Shown here piece after piece: positions 1-12,410 of a stretch of DNA of 64,000 nt. A model generated the notes under the pieces. It made no database searches, had not been told where the DNA came from, and saw only the letters and a program-made list of their open reading frames with translations. A program made the translations under genes and the position numbers. This DNA is from Candidatus Marinacidobacterales bacterium. GTDB taxonomy: Bacteria > Acidobacteriota > Vicinamibacteria > Marinacidobacterales > SMYC01. Location: the NCBI GenBank assembly GCA_965237955.1, contig OZ250169.1:7488001-7552000 (forward strand). Reading direction: 5' to 3'. How positions within the stretch are numbered: position 1 is the stretch's first letter; every line of letters begins with the position of its first letter.

Positions 1-85
1 TTTTTTCCTCGAGGGTTGGCTCTGCTTGTTCCTGTTCCTGTTCCTGTTCCTGTTCCGGTACCGGTGCCTTTGTTTCTTCGTCCAT
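1..85 (-). CDS. 5' end of the next suf-operon gene, probably SufT/PaaD-like (runs off window)
   Basis: ATG at 85, just after the sufU stop; reads MDEETKAPVPEQEQEQEQEQAEPTLEEK; identity inferred from operon position. Confidence 0.55.
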   Translation of the reverse strand, partial: MDEETKAPVPEQEQEQEQEQAEPTLEEK

Positions 86-90
86 CAGAT

Positions 91-543
91 TTACTCCGTC
101 GAGACGGCTTCTTCCTTGTCAACGAGCGCCGCCTTCAGCGTGTGCCACGCGAGGGTCGCGCATTTGACGCGTACCGGATAATCGCGCACGCCAGCGAAGA
201 CGGCGAGCTTACCCAGAGCCTCTTCCTCAGCGCCTTTTTTGCCGGTAACAACGTCGTGGAACGCACCGAATAGCGCTTCGGCTTCCACCTCGGTCTTTCC
301 CTTCAACGCCTCAGTCATCATAGACGCGGACGCGGTCGAGATGGCGCAGCCGGCGCCCTTGAAGCTCACGTCTCGGATGACACCATCCTCGACGAGGATA
401 TAGAGCGAGAGTCGGTCTCCGCACAAAGGGTTGTGACCCTTGGCGTCGTGCGACGCGTTCTCGATCTCACGAAAATTCCGCGGGTTCTTGGTGTGATCGA
501 GGATGACCTCTTGATACAGCTCCCGCAGCGCGTCCGTCAGCAT
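91..543 (-). CDS. sufU: SUF system NifU-family Fe-S assembly protein
   Basis: LYQEVILDH, NPLCGD, GAGCAIS, RVKCATL motifs. Confidence 0.95.
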   Translation of the reverse strand: MLTDALRELYQEVILDHTKNPRNFREIENASHDAKGHNPLCGDRLSLYILVEDGVIRDVSFKGAGCAISTASASMMTEALKGKTEVEAEALFGAFHDVVTGKKGAEEEALGKLAVFAGVRDYPVRVKCATLAWHTLKAALVDKEEAVSTE

Positions 544-1811
544 CAGCCAAAAACCTCGCGCACGGTAGCAAGCCCTTGCACCAGCCGATCGATGTCCTCA
601 CGGGTGTTGTAGAGGGCGAGCGATGCACGCGCGGTTGCCGCCACCCCGAAACGATCCATCACCGGCTGGGCGCAGTGGTGGCCGGTGCGAACGGCGATGC
701 CCTCTTGGTCGAGGATGGTTCCGACGTCGTGCGGGTGAATGCCATCGAGCACGAACGAGAGAACGCTCGCCTTGTGGTTCGCTTCACCCACGATGCGAAG
801 GCCGGGAATCTCCCTCAAGGCGTTGGTGCCATAGTCGAGGAGCTCTTCTTCGTAGGCGGCGATCCCGTCCATGCCGATGCCGTTCAAATAGTCGACCGTT
901 GCACCGAGACCCACGGCGCCGGCGATGTTGGGAGTGCCGGCCTCGAAGCGGAACGGCAGCCGGTTGTAAGTGGTCTTCTCGAAGCTGACGGTGCTGATCA
1001 TGTCCCCGCCACCCTGATACGGCTGCATTTTCTCGAGAAGCGACTCCTTCGCATAGAGCACGCCGATGCCTGAAGGTCCGAACATCTTGTGCGCGGAGAT
1101 GGTGTAGAAATCGCAATCGAGCTCTCTCACGTCGATCGCTACGTGCGGGGCGGCTTGCGCTCCATCGATGAGAACGGGAACGCCCTGCTCGTGCGCAAGC
1201 TCGATGATGGTGCGGACGGGGTTGATAGTGCCGAGCGCGTTCGACACGTGTCCCACAGCGACGATCTTGGTTTTGGAGCCGAGGAGTTTCTCGAGCTCTT
1301 CCATCTCGAGCTCACCGCGATCGCTGATGGGAACGACTTTGAGATTCGCCCCTGTCCGCTCACACAGCATTTGCCACGGGACGATGTTCGAGTGGTGCTC
1401 CATCGTGGTGATGAGCACTTCGTCACCCTCACCGACGTTGGCACGCCCGTAGGATTCCGCCACGAGGTTGATGCCTTCGGTCGTGCCGCGCACGAAGATG
1501 ATCTCGCGCTCCGACGCCGCGCCCATGAACGCTTGCACCTTCAGCCGGGCGCTTTCATACGCTTTGGTCGCGCGCTCCGAGAGCTCGTGGACGCCACGAT
1601 GAATGTTGGCGTAATCATGGGCGTAGAAACCAGAAATCGCATCGATGACTTGCTGCGGCTTCTGAGCGCTGGCCGCATTGTCGAGATAGACGAGCGGCTT
1701 CCCCTTGATCATCTGATGGAGACCGGGAAACTCGCTTCGAATCCGATCCACGTCGAACGCTCGATTCGACGCGCTTCGAGTGGGGAGCTCGGTATTGCTG
1801 GGAGCAGTCAT
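543..1811 (-). CDS. sufS: Cysteine desulfurase SufS
   Basis: YLDNAASAQKP, EHHSNIVPWQ, SAHKMFGP (PLP lysine), RTGHHCA. Confidence 0.96.
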   Translation of the reverse strand: MTAPSNTELPTRSASNRAFDVDRIRSEFPGLHQMIKGKPLVYLDNAASAQKPQQVIDAISGFYAHDYANIHRGVHELSERATKAYESARLKVQAFMGAASEREIIFVRGTTEGINLVAESYGRANVGEGDEVLITTMEHHSNIVPWQMLCERTGANLKVVPISDRGELEMEELEKLLGSKTKIVAVGHVSNALGTINPVRTIIELAHEQGVPVLIDGAQAAPHVAIDVRELDCDFYTISAHKMFGPSGIGVLYAKESLLEKMQPYQGGGDMISTVSFEKTTYNRLPFRFEAGTPNIAGAVGLGATVDYLNGIGMDGIAAYEEELLDYGTNALREIPGLRIVGEANHKASVLSFVLDGIHPHDVGTILDQEGIAVRTGHHCAQPVMDRFGVAATARASLALYNTREDIDRLVQGLATVREVFG

Positions 1812-1829
1812 GCCTTGCACCTCTTCAAG

Positions 1830-3173
1830 CTACGCCGCTTCACTGAACAGGAGTCCCCGCAGAGTGTCGCGGACGGCGGCGAGGCGAATGCGATCGCTGA
1901 CGTCGGCCATGAACCCCTCGGTGAGAATTCTTCGGGCGTCCTTATGTGCGATCCCCCGCGATCGAAGGTAGAACACTGCTTCGGGGTCGAGCTGCCCGAT
2001 GGTCGCGCCGTGAGCGCACTTCACGTCGTCGGCGTTGATCTCGAGCTGCGGATTCGTGTTGACGAGCGCATCGTCCGAGAGCAGCAAGTTCTTGTTCGAT
2101 TGCTGCGAGTCCGTCTTCTGCGCGTCCGCGCGCACGATGATGCGGCCGTTGAAGACGCCGCTCGACGCGTCGTCGAGAACACCCTTGTAGAGCTCGCGGC
2201 TCGTGCAATGCGGGACACGGTGGTCGATGACCGTATGGTGGTCGACGTGCTGGCTGCCTTTGACTACATACAACCCGTTCAGGGTGACGTCGGCGCCTTC
2301 CCCGTCGAGCTCACAACGGATGTCGTGGCGTGCAAGCCGAGCGCCGAGCGACAACGAATGATTGGACACAGTGGCGCTTCGTCCTTGCACGTAACCGAGG
2401 CTCGCCATGTGGAACGCAGAAGCGCTCTCGCGCTGTAGCTTGTAATGGTCGATGACGGCGCCCTCGTGAGCGAGAACCTGGGTCACCGCGTTCGTCCAGT
2501 AGACCGCGTCGTCTGGACCGCCATAGCTCTCGAGGATTCGGAGCTGGCTTCCCGCTTCGGCGACAATCACGTTCCGTGGGTGCGTCACCACGACCTCGCT
2601 GGAGCTCGTCAGGAACACGAGGTGGATCGGCCGCTCGAGCGCGACGCCTTCGGGTACGTAGACGAATGCCCCGTCGGACAGAAACGCCTCGTTCAAATCG
2701 AAGAACGGCGTGTGGTCCTCACCGCCTTGAGTCAGGGTCCGTTGCAGTGCGTCGGCGTGCACTGATGATGCCGATGCCAACACCTCCGCCAGGCTCGTCA
2801 CCACGACGCCGTCGGGAAGCTCGCCCGGCGACGACAGTGCCTTCGAAACACGTCCGTTGACGAACACCAGCTCGTGACTCTCGAGCTTGCCGAGACCGAA
2901 GCGCTTCTTCAACGCCTTGGCATCATCCTCGGCGTCCGCGCGCGGCAATACGGACAGGGTGAAAGGCGCCGAAGCCAGCGGGGCCACATTCGTGAACCGC
3001 CACTCTTCGTCGCGCGTCGTCGGAAATCCCTTGTCGAGAAAACGCTCGAGAGCATTCTTCCGGACGAGCGCGAGCCAACCGGGCTCGTCGTGTGCCTGCG
3101 CTGTTTTGTGCTCGAGAAACTGCGTGCGGAACCGACTCAACGGGTCGATCGAGTCGTTGATGGAATCAGGCAC
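1830..3173 (-). CDS. sufD: Fe-S assembly protein SufD
   Basis: FPTTRDEEWRFT, PQLEINADDVKCAHGAT, FYLRSRGI. Confidence 0.95.
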   Translation of the reverse strand: MPDSINDSIDPLSRFRTQFLEHKTAQAHDEPGWLALVRKNALERFLDKGFPTTRDEEWRFTNVAPLASAPFTLSVLPRADAEDDAKALKKRFGLGKLESHELVFVNGRVSKALSSPGELPDGVVVTSLAEVLASASSVHADALQRTLTQGGEDHTPFFDLNEAFLSDGAFVYVPEGVALERPIHLVFLTSSSEVVVTHPRNVIVAEAGSQLRILESYGGPDDAVYWTNAVTQVLAHEGAVIDHYKLQRESASAFHMASLGYVQGRSATVSNHSLSLGARLARHDIRCELDGEGADVTLNGLYVVKGSQHVDHHTVIDHRVPHCTSRELYKGVLDDASSGVFNGRIIVRADAQKTDSQQSNKNLLLSDDALVNTNPQLEINADDVKCAHGATIGQLDPEAVFYLRSRGIAHKDARRILTEGFMADVSDRIRLAAVRDTLRGLLFSEAA

Positions 3174-3177
3174 GACG

Positions 3178-3936
<759 letters not shown>

Positions 3937-3939
3937 TTC

Positions 3940-5394
<1,455 letters not shown>

Positions 5395-5406
5395 TGTGAT
5401 TCCTTG

Positions 5407-5892
5407 CTAGCTCTGTATCACCGGGAGGTGGACGTCCTGGTTCGTGTCAGGATCAGTGTCCGCAGGGTCCACCCCTGTCAAGAATTGGAAATCTTCATCG
5501 CACATGGAGGCAATGGTCACGCGCGACAGCGTGAGGAGAACGTGATCGTTCAGCCGTTGGAGCGGGCTTTTGATATTGCACGTATCGAACTGGTCGCAAG
5601 CGCCGAGGTCGGTCAGGCACTGCGTCAGCGACAGGGGCCCTTCTTCCACGATCTCGATGACGTGGACGACGGTGATCGCGTCGGCCGCCCGTCGAAGCTG
5701 GTAGCCGCCTTTGGTCCCTTGATGGGAGATGACCAGCCCCTCGCGGGCGAGTTTTTGGAGGACCTTGGCGAGGAGGTCCTGGGGCATACCGTAGACTGCG
5801 GCCATCTCTCGCGTGGAGCACGAACCGTCGTGGCCCGCCAGGTGCATCAGCGCCATGAGGGCGTAGTCCACTTTCTTGGATAGCTTCAGCAT
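5407..5892 (-). CDS. Rrf2-family (IscR/SufR-like) regulator
   Basis: wHTH with GTKGGYQL; three Cys in CLTDLGACDQFDTC; first gene of suf operon. Confidence 0.92.
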   Translation of the reverse strand: MLKLSKKVDYALMALMHLAGHDGSCSTREMAAVYGMPQDLLAKVLQKLAREGLVISHQGTKGGYQLRRAADAITVVHVIEIVEEGPLSLTQCLTDLGACDQFDTCNIKSPLQRLNDHVLLTLSRVTIASMCDEDFQFLTGVDPADTDPDTNQDVHLPVIQS

Positions 5893-5924
5893 TGAAGGAA
5901 TTTCGAGTTTCTCGGGGTCGCTCT

Positions 5925-5949
5925 AACTACGACCAATTTGGTCGGATAT
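5925..5949. promoter_or_regulatory. IscR type-1-like operator 1
   Basis: GAC-CAATTTG-GTC palindrome immediately downstream of the -10 box. Confidence 0.65.
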
Positions 5950-5978
5950 ATAGTAATACGTCAGCAGAGCGGTGTCAA
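5950..5978 (-). promoter_or_regulatory. sigma70 promoter of the suf operon
   Basis: Minus strand TTGACA-N17-TACTAT. Confidence 0.8.
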
Positions 5979-6009
5979 CGAGTAAATACCGCTGAATTAG
6001 GCACATACA

Positions 6010-6034
6010 ATATAGGACCCCTTCAGTCCTATAT
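6010..6034. promoter_or_regulatory. IscR type-1-like operator 2
   Basis: ATATAGGAC-CCCTTCA-GTCCTATAT palindrome with the same GAC-N7-GTC core. Confidence 0.65.
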
Positions 6035-6060
6035 ATAGTAGTCGCGGGCTGGGGGTGGCG

Positions 6061-7671
6061 TCAAGCCAAAGTGCGCAACCGCTCGAGGCCACTAATCACG
6101 TCGACGTCCACGTCCCGTCCCAGATGGACTCTCAGGGCACGCCGGCCGTGCTCGGCCAGGACCTCGAAATCGCCACTGGCCTGGAAACGGTTCAGCTGAC
6201 CGAAGCTCAGGCGCTGTCCCGGTATGTGGAGGTCGGTGGGGCTGTCCGCAGTGAGCTGCAAAAACACCCCTCGGTTGGGACCTCCTTTGTGGAGCTGTCC
6301 GGTGGAGTGCAGAAACCGAGGCCCGTAGCCGAGCGTGGTCGCAACCCGCTTCCGATCGCGCACCCGCTCGCGGAGCGTCTGTAGCAGCCGGTGGTTCTCC
6401 GGGCTCATTTCGAGGTAGGCGTGGATCGCGAAGTAGTCGCCCGGCTCCAGCAGGTCGAGATGGGTGCGGATGGCCTCATCCGGTGGAAACGTGTCGTCCT
6501 CGTCGGGGAGCTCACCGGTCTCCTCGTAGCGCGTCGCGAGGGCGCGCGTCTTGACCTTGCTCGCTTCCACATCGGGTTGGTCGAACGGATTGAGCCCGAG
6601 CACGGCACCGGCCACCGCGGTCGCCATCTCCCATCGGAAAAACTCCTGCGCGAGGTTTTCGGGCGTCGCGACGAGAATACGGATGAGAGGATGGCCTTCG
6701 GTCAAGGCAGGCGGGTCGGAGTCATCGCGATCCAGCTGTACGAACACACGGTCGTCGCCGTAGACGTCTGGAGCTCCGGCCGGCTCGCCGTCAACCGGAA
6801 CAATACCCTGCTCCCCCTTGCCGGTCGACTCCGCGACGAGCTGCTCGATCCAGGCACCAAGAGACGATAGCTCGGGAGACGCCACGAGGGTGAGCTTGTC
6901 CCGACCCGCCCGCGCCAGGGTGGCGAGCGCGACGCCGAGCACGACGCCGGGATTGTCCTCGGGAGGGACGTCGGCAGCGCATGCATCCGCCATCTCGTGC
7001 GCGCGCTCGAGGAAACGCCGGACGTCGAGCCCCATGGCGGCCGCCGGCACTATCCCGAAGTTCGAAAGCGCAGAGAACCGCCCCCCGATGGTGGGCTCGC
7101 CCGGGTAAACATTCCGATAGCCCTTCCTTCGGGCCATCTCCTCGAGCGCGGTTCCCGGATCGGTGACGGCGATGAACTGCGACCCGTTTCCGACCTTGTC
7201 GAAAAAGTAGCTCTCGAACGCGATGGGCTCGGCCGTGGTTCCCGACTTGGATGCCACCACGAAAAGAGTCTTCGACAAATCCAAGTGCGACTCGAGCGTC
7301 GCGATCTGATCGGGTACGGTCGAGTCCAGAATCTGAAGCTCCGGAAAATCCGGACGCCGCCCGAACGTGCGGCTCAAGACGTCGGGAGCGAGGCTCGAGC
7401 CTCCCATCCCGAGCACGACGACGTCGTCGAATCCGCCGCGCGTGACGTCTCGTTGCAGCGCGTTCACAGACTCGAGATCCGCGAGTTGACGTGAGGCAAT
7501 GTCGAGCCATCCGAGCCAAAGGGCCTCGTCGTCTCCCGTCCACAGGCCCGCATCTCGATTCCACAGGCGGTTGACCTTGTTCCCTTGCTTCCAATCGCCG
7601 AGGCATGCGTCGACGGCGGACTGAAGGTCTCCCAATTTCAAAACTTGCGGATTCAGCCCTTGCGCGCTCAT
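6061..7671 (-). CDS. pgi: Glucose-6-phosphate isomerase (PGI half of the Tal/PGI family, no transaldolase domain)
   Basis: GMGGSSL, ASKSGTT, IGGRFSAL, EQLVAESTGK, NPFDQPDVE, GPRFLHSTGQLHKGG. Confidence 0.88.
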   Translation of the reverse strand: MSAQGLNPQVLKLGDLQSAVDACLGDWKQGNKVNRLWNRDAGLWTGDDEALWLGWLDIASRQLADLESVNALQRDVTRGGFDDVVVLGMGGSSLAPDVLSRTFGRRPDFPELQILDSTVPDQIATLESHLDLSKTLFVVASKSGTTAEPIAFESYFFDKVGNGSQFIAVTDPGTALEEMARRKGYRNVYPGEPTIGGRFSALSNFGIVPAAAMGLDVRRFLERAHEMADACAADVPPEDNPGVVLGVALATLARAGRDKLTLVASPELSSLGAWIEQLVAESTGKGEQGIVPVDGEPAGAPDVYGDDRVFVQLDRDDSDPPALTEGHPLIRILVATPENLAQEFFRWEMATAVAGAVLGLNPFDQPDVEASKVKTRALATRYEETGELPDEDDTFPPDEAIRTHLDLLEPGDYFAIHAYLEMSPENHRLLQTLRERVRDRKRVATTLGYGPRFLHSTGQLHKGGPNRGVFLQLTADSPTDLHIPGQRLSFGQLNRFQASGDFEVLAEHGRRALRVHLGRDVDVDVISGLERLRTLA

Positions 7672-7885
7672 GGCGGGTCAGTTTACTCGATTTACTACAA
7701 AGGCTTTTGGTATCTAGCATTCGGTTCAATTCGCGCCGTGCTTGTAACCCGCGTCTGGCTTACCGGCAGAACGCTGCTTGCTATGCGACGACGCCCTTTG
7801 CCGGCACCGCGGGGTCTGAGCCGAAGGACCCGCGCTCTGTGCTAGTCTTCGTGCTAATCTTTCGATGCCGCCGAGAGGCCAACTG

Positions 7886-9100
7886 ATGAAACATCACCGT
7901 TTGGTCGCTGTCATCGCTGTCGGGGCCATCGCCATCGCGGCCACTAGTTTCCCCCAGCCGCGGTTCACACCGATTCCGGAAAGTACGCTCCTGGCAGGCT
8001 CACCGCTTCACGTTCCTTTGGACGGGATCGACCCCAGTGGTCAGGCTCTGACCTACACGGCGGTCGTGAGCGACCCTCTCGTCACCGCGACCGTGGTTTC
8101 GGGCAACCGGAGCCTCAGAATTCAAGTCGCGACCTACGGCACCATGGTGTTCCAGTTGTTCGATGGCCGCGTCAGGCGGGCGACCAACCGCATCGCCACG
8201 CTAGCGGACAGTGGCTTTTACAACGGTGTGATATTCCATCGCATCATCAATGACTTCATCGTTCAGGGCGGAGATCCGACCGGAACCGGCGCCGGCGGTT
8301 CACCGCTCGGGAACTTCGACGACAAGTTTCACGTCGATCTGCAGCACAATCGCACCGGGCTGCTATCGATGGCGAAGGCAGCCGACGACACCAACGACTC
8401 GCAGTTCTTCATCACCGAGGGGGCTCAGCGGCATCTCGATTTCATTCACTCGATTTTCGGTCTACTCATCGAAGGCGAATCGGTGCGGCAGCAAATCAGC
8501 AACGTCGCGGTGGATCCGAGCGGAAACGATCGTCCCGTCGCGGACGTCGTCATGGAATCGGTCTCAACGTTCGTCGACACGCAGAACGCGGTACTCATGC
8601 TCAAAGCACCCGAAGGTGCGACCGGCGCGGTCGACGTCACCGTCACCGTGCAAAACAGCTCGGGAACGTCGACGAGCCAGACTTTTCGCGTGAACGTCAC
8701 CCCCGACACGATCAACAGCCCGCCTTTTTTGGCAGACATCCCCGAGATCACGACGCCGATTGATACCGACGTGACGTACCAGCTCGTAGCGATCGATACG
8801 GAGGGCGACCAGGCGTTTTATCTCGATCAAGAGTCGATGTCGGCGAACGGTCTACCCATCCCCGTGTCAGCGCCATTGAGCATGCAGTACACCGTGGATT
8901 TCGACACGGGACTCTTGACGGTCTCTCCGAGAAACGGCATCAGCGGTGTGCAGCGCATTTCGGTGGCGACCGCCGTTTCTCCGAACGCGGTGGATTATCA
9001 GGTCGTGAGAGTCGTGGTCGGTGCGGCTCCGGCTGTGCAGACCTCAACTCAGTTCCCAGAGTCCGCGGCACCAAGGTCTCTATCTTTGACGCGACGATAA
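7886..9100 (+). CDS. Secreted cyclophilin-type PPIase with flanking beta-rich (Ig-like) segments
   Basis: Signal peptide; FYNGVIFHRIINDFIVQGGDPTGTG, LSMAK, DSQFFIT, HSIFG. Confidence 0.88.
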   Translation: MKHHRLVAVIAVGAIAIAATSFPQPRFTPIPESTLLAGSPLHVPLDGIDPSGQALTYTAVVSDPLVTATVVSGNRSLRIQVATYGTMVFQLFDGRVRRATNRIATLADSGFYNGVIFHRIINDFIVQGGDPTGTGAGGSPLGNFDDKFHVDLQHNRTGLLSMAKAADDTNDSQFFITEGAQRHLDFIHSIFGLLIEGESVRQQISNVAVDPSGNDRPVADVVMESVSTFVDTQNAVLMLKAPEGATGAVDVTVTVQNSSGTSTSQTFRVNVTPDTINSPPFLADIPEITTPIDTDVTYQLVAIDTEGDQAFYLDQESMSANGLPIPVSAPLSMQYTVDFDTGLLTVSPRNGISGVQRISVATAVSPNAVDYQVVRVVVGAAPAVQTSTQFPESAAPRSLSLTRR

Positions 9101-10051
9101 CACGGAATGGTAGAGCCATGTCACAGTCACCAGCAAAATGGCGGGCGCGAACGTCCACGGCTCTTGTGACAGCACGCTCGTTCTCGGAAGCTCGGCGAGC
9201 ATGTTGCCCCAGCTGGGACGGGGCTCACCCACACCGAGGCCAACGAACGACAACGTGACCTCCGCGAGCATGTAGGCGGGGATGAGGAGCGCGGCCTGAG
9301 TCGCGAGCACCGAATAGGTCTGAGGAAGCACGTGCCGGGTGAGGATGTGAACGTGGCCGGCGCCCGCGCTTCGCGCCGCGTCGACGAACTCGCGCTCTTT
9401 CGCGCTCAACACGACACCGCGCACGATGCGCATCGGGGCGGCCCAGCCGAGAACGCCGAGCAGCATGACAATCGCGAGGAACGTGTCTCCCGGTTCCATA
9501 TCGAGCGGGAGAAACGCTCTCGCAGCTAGCAGCATGTAGATCCACGGCAGACTCAAGAAGACGTCGCCGGTCCACATGATGACGCCATCGAGAGCTCGCC
9601 CGCCGTATCCTGCGGCCGCGCCGAGAACGAGGGCGGTGGCGAGCGCGAGCACGGCCGCCAGCAGACCCGCGGTGAGCGACAGTTGGCCGCCGTAAAGAAG
9701 CCTCGAGAAATAGTCGCGTCCGAGCGCGTCCGTTCCGAGAACAAAAACACGGTGCGGCTCGTCGACCCCGAACAAATGCAGATCGGAGCGAATGAACCCA
9801 AAAAGCTCGTAGGAGCTCCCGCGAACAAAAAACGAGAGCGGCACAACGTCGCCACCGCCAGCAGCATAGATGAAAGGCCTCGCGTGCCAGCGCCCCTCGT
9901 CGTCGATGAAACGGATGTTCGTTGGCGCCGCGCGGGGTGTCGCGCGGTTCTGTTCGCGATAGGAGTAAGGCGCGAAGAAGCCTGCGAGCACCGCGACCAA
10001 ATGCACGAATAGCAGAGCTCCCACGATGACCGACAGTCTTTTGTTCCTCAC
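9080..10051 (-). CDS. Peptide ABC permease (DppC/OppC)
   Basis: LGTDALGRD, EFVDAARSAGA (EAA loop), PSWGNML. Confidence 0.9.
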   Translation of the reverse strand: MRNKRLSVIVGALLFVHLVAVLAGFFAPYSYREQNRATPRAAPTNIRFIDDEGRWHARPFIYAAGGGDVVPLSFFVRGSSYELFGFIRSDLHLFGVDEPHRVFVLGTDALGRDYFSRLLYGGQLSLTAGLLAAVLALATALVLGAAAGYGGRALDGVIMWTGDVFLSLPWIYMLLAARAFLPLDMEPGDTFLAIVMLLGVLGWAAPMRIVRGVVLSAKEREFVDAARSAGAGHVHILTRHVLPQTYSVLATQAALLIPAYMLAEVTLSFVGLGVGEPRPSWGNMLAELPRTSVLSQEPWTFAPAILLVTVTWLYHSVLSSRQR

Positions 10052-10052
10052 G

Positions 10053-11045
10053 TCAGTTCGGTTCGATTCTCGGATCGTTGAGATACAGCGCGATGTCGGC
10101 GAGCAGACCTGAAGCGACGACGAAGAGCGCCGAGCACATGACCCCTCCGATCACGACGTGAACGTCGCGTGCCAGGATGGCGTCGAGGAGAAACGGCCCG
10201 AGACCGGGCCAACCCATGACCACTTCGACGATGAACGACGCGCTGAGAAGTGAGGCGATCGACAGACCGGCGATCGAGATCAACGGGCTCGCAGCGGGTC
10301 GCAGCATGTGGTGGAGGACGAGACGACGCCCGCTGATACCGAGCGCGCGTGCCTTGGTGACGAAAGGCTCGTCCATCACATCTTCGACGGCGGTGCGCAC
10401 GTGTCTCGCCAAAAGAGCGAACGCGGGAAGCGCCAGCACCGTGACCGGCAAGATCAGATGCCACGCCAAGTCGCCGACGCGCCCGACGAACGTCAACTCG
10501 CTCGCCCCGATCGACCACATTCCACCGACGGGAAACGCCCGGGAACGCGCCGCGATGATGAGAGCAAGGACGGCGAGGACCAGCTCCGGTAGTCCGACGA
10601 TGACCGACGTCACCGCGCCCATCAACGTTTCGACGGGGCCCACCGAGTTTTTGCGCGTTGCCCAGAACACTCCCGCAGGAACCGCGAGTGTCCACGCGAG
10701 CGCGGTCGCGCACACCGACAGAAGTAGTGTGTTGAGCGCACGAGACCAAATGAGCGGCGCTACTGCGGAGCCGTAGGCAAACGAAAATCCCCACGTTCCC
10801 TGCAAGACCGCTAGAAGCCAACTCCAGTACCGTTCGACAAACGGGCGGTCGAGCCCGTATTGCGTTCTCATCGCCTCGAGCGTCTCTGTCGAGATCTGCG
10901 GATTGAGACGCATGCGATCCAGGTAGTCGCCGGGAGCGAGCTCGAGAAACAGGAACGCGAGAACCGACACCGCGACGAGCGCGGAAAGCGCGTGGGCGAT
11001 TCGACGGATCCAGTAGCTCACAATTGCAGGCGTGGACGTGGACAT
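10053..11045 (-). CDS. Peptide ABC permease (DppB/OppB)
   Basis: APGD, YGLDRP, FVTKARALG, WPGLG, ARDV. Confidence 0.9.
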   Translation of the reverse strand: MSTSTPAIVSYWIRRIAHALSALVAVSVLAFLFLELAPGDYLDRMRLNPQISTETLEAMRTQYGLDRPFVERYWSWLLAVLQGTWGFSFAYGSAVAPLIWSRALNTLLLSVCATALAWTLAVPAGVFWATRKNSVGPVETLMGAVTSVIVGLPELVLAVLALIIAARSRAFPVGGMWSIGASELTFVGRVGDLAWHLILPVTVLALPAFALLARHVRTAVEDVMDEPFVTKARALGISGRRLVLHHMLRPAASPLISIAGLSIASLLSASFIVEVVMGWPGLGPFLLDAILARDVHVVIGGVMCSALFVVASGLLADIALYLNDPRIEPN

Positions 11046-11225
11046 GTCACTGCCGCTAATTGTAACTAACCTTCAGTATCTGGGGCGTCAAGCGAGCAAT
11101 GTCCGCGTGACCCGCGGGCGGGAGCCTCACGATGCCGCCGCGGACAGGAGGCTCCAGCGAGGCAACTGAACAGCACCTTCGGGGAGCCGTTATTCGCCCC
11201 GAAGAAACCGTTGTAAGCTATCGAC

Positions 11226-12410
11226 ATGGTTCAGATACTCGAAACGACACTACGGGAAGGCGAGCAGACGCCTGGCGTCTACTTTCCGCCGCATGCGAAA
11301 CTGGAGATTGTAGATTGCCTCGATCGCATCGGCGTCGATATCGTCGAAGCAGGTCACCCGATCGTGAGCCGCGACATCGAAGCATCGGTGAAAAAAATCG
11401 CCGGCAGAGGTCTGCGCGCCACGGTGGGAGCGCATGCGCGTTCGATAAAGCGCGACGTCGATCTCGCGATCGATTGCGGTGTGGATTTCATTGGTGTGTT
11501 CTACTGCGTTTCTGCAGACCGTTTGGAGAGCGTATTCAAGACGAAACTGTCTAGCGCTATTGATCAAATCGCCGAAGTGATCCGCTACGCGAAGGAGAGC
11601 AATCCAGCGCTCACGATCCGCTATACGCCAGAAGACACGGTGCGTTCCCAGCTCGAGCACGCCATCGCAGCATCGGTAGAGGCCTGCAACGCTGGCGCTG
11701 ACATTATCAGCATCGCCGACACGACCGGTCACATGATCCCTGGCACGGAGCGCAGCATGTACGACTATGTCTCCCGGTTCAGAGAAAAGCTCAATGACCG
11801 GGGCGTGAACCCGATGCTGGCGGTGCACTGTCACGATGACCGCGGGCTGGCGCTGGCAAACGCGCTCGACGCCTACCGTGCCGGCGCCGACATCATCGAT
11901 GCCACCGTGATCAAACTCGGCGAGCGCGCTGGGCTGGTCGACCTGGCGACTCTGCTCGTGGTACTGACCGCCGACTTCCATGCAACCAACGCCTGGCAGC
12001 TAGAAGAGCTCTCGAATCTCTACCGTGTCGTGAGCCGCTACGCCGGCGTACCGATTCCGGTTAACTTCCCGGTGATGGGTGAAAACGCCTTCAAGCACTG
12101 CGCCGGCGTGCACACCCACGCTGCGTCCTTGAGCGCTGTGCATTACCAGAGTCTAGATCCGGAGTTGGTCGGCCGACGCATGGAAGTCTCGCTGGATCAC
12201 ATGTCTGGGATTGCTTCAGTGAAGTACGCGCTCGCACAAATCGGCGTCGAGGACGGGGAGGACGCCATGATCGCGGACGTGTTGGACCAGGTGAAGCAAG
12301 CGGGCCAGCGCGGCACAACCGTCGACTTGCAGGAGCTGCGCTATATCGTCGACTGGTGTGCGTCCGCTAAACGGAAGGACGGCGAACAACCATGCCGCAC
12401 ACAATCGTAG
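11226..12410 (+). CDS. Homocitrate synthase-like DRE-TIM enzyme
   Basis: ETTLREGEQ, ADTTG, HCHDD, LGERAG, HCAGVH; 394 aa with no LeuA regulatory domain. Confidence 0.82.
   Translation: MVQILETTLREGEQTPGVYFPPHAKLEIVDCLDRIGVDIVEAGHPIVSRDIEASVKKIAGRGLRATVGAHARSIKRDVDLAIDCGVDFIGVFYCVSADRLESVFKTKLSSAIDQIAEVIRYAKESNPALTIRYTPEDTVRSQLEHAIAASVEACNAGADIISIADTTGHMIPGTERSMYDYVSRFREKLNDRGVNPMLAVHCHDDRGLALANALDAYRAGADIIDATVIKLGERAGLVDLATLLVVLTADFHATNAWQLEELSNLYRVVSRYAGVPIPVNFPVMGENAFKHCAGVHTHAASLSAVHYQSLDPELVGRRMEVSLDHMSGIASVKYALAQIGVEDGEDAMIADVLDQVKQAGQRGTTVDLQELRYIVDWCASAKRKDGEQPCRTQS

Noticed and set aside
16-273. ORF with (VP)n repeat
   Set aside because: Antisense shadow of sufU and the (EQ)n-containing gene
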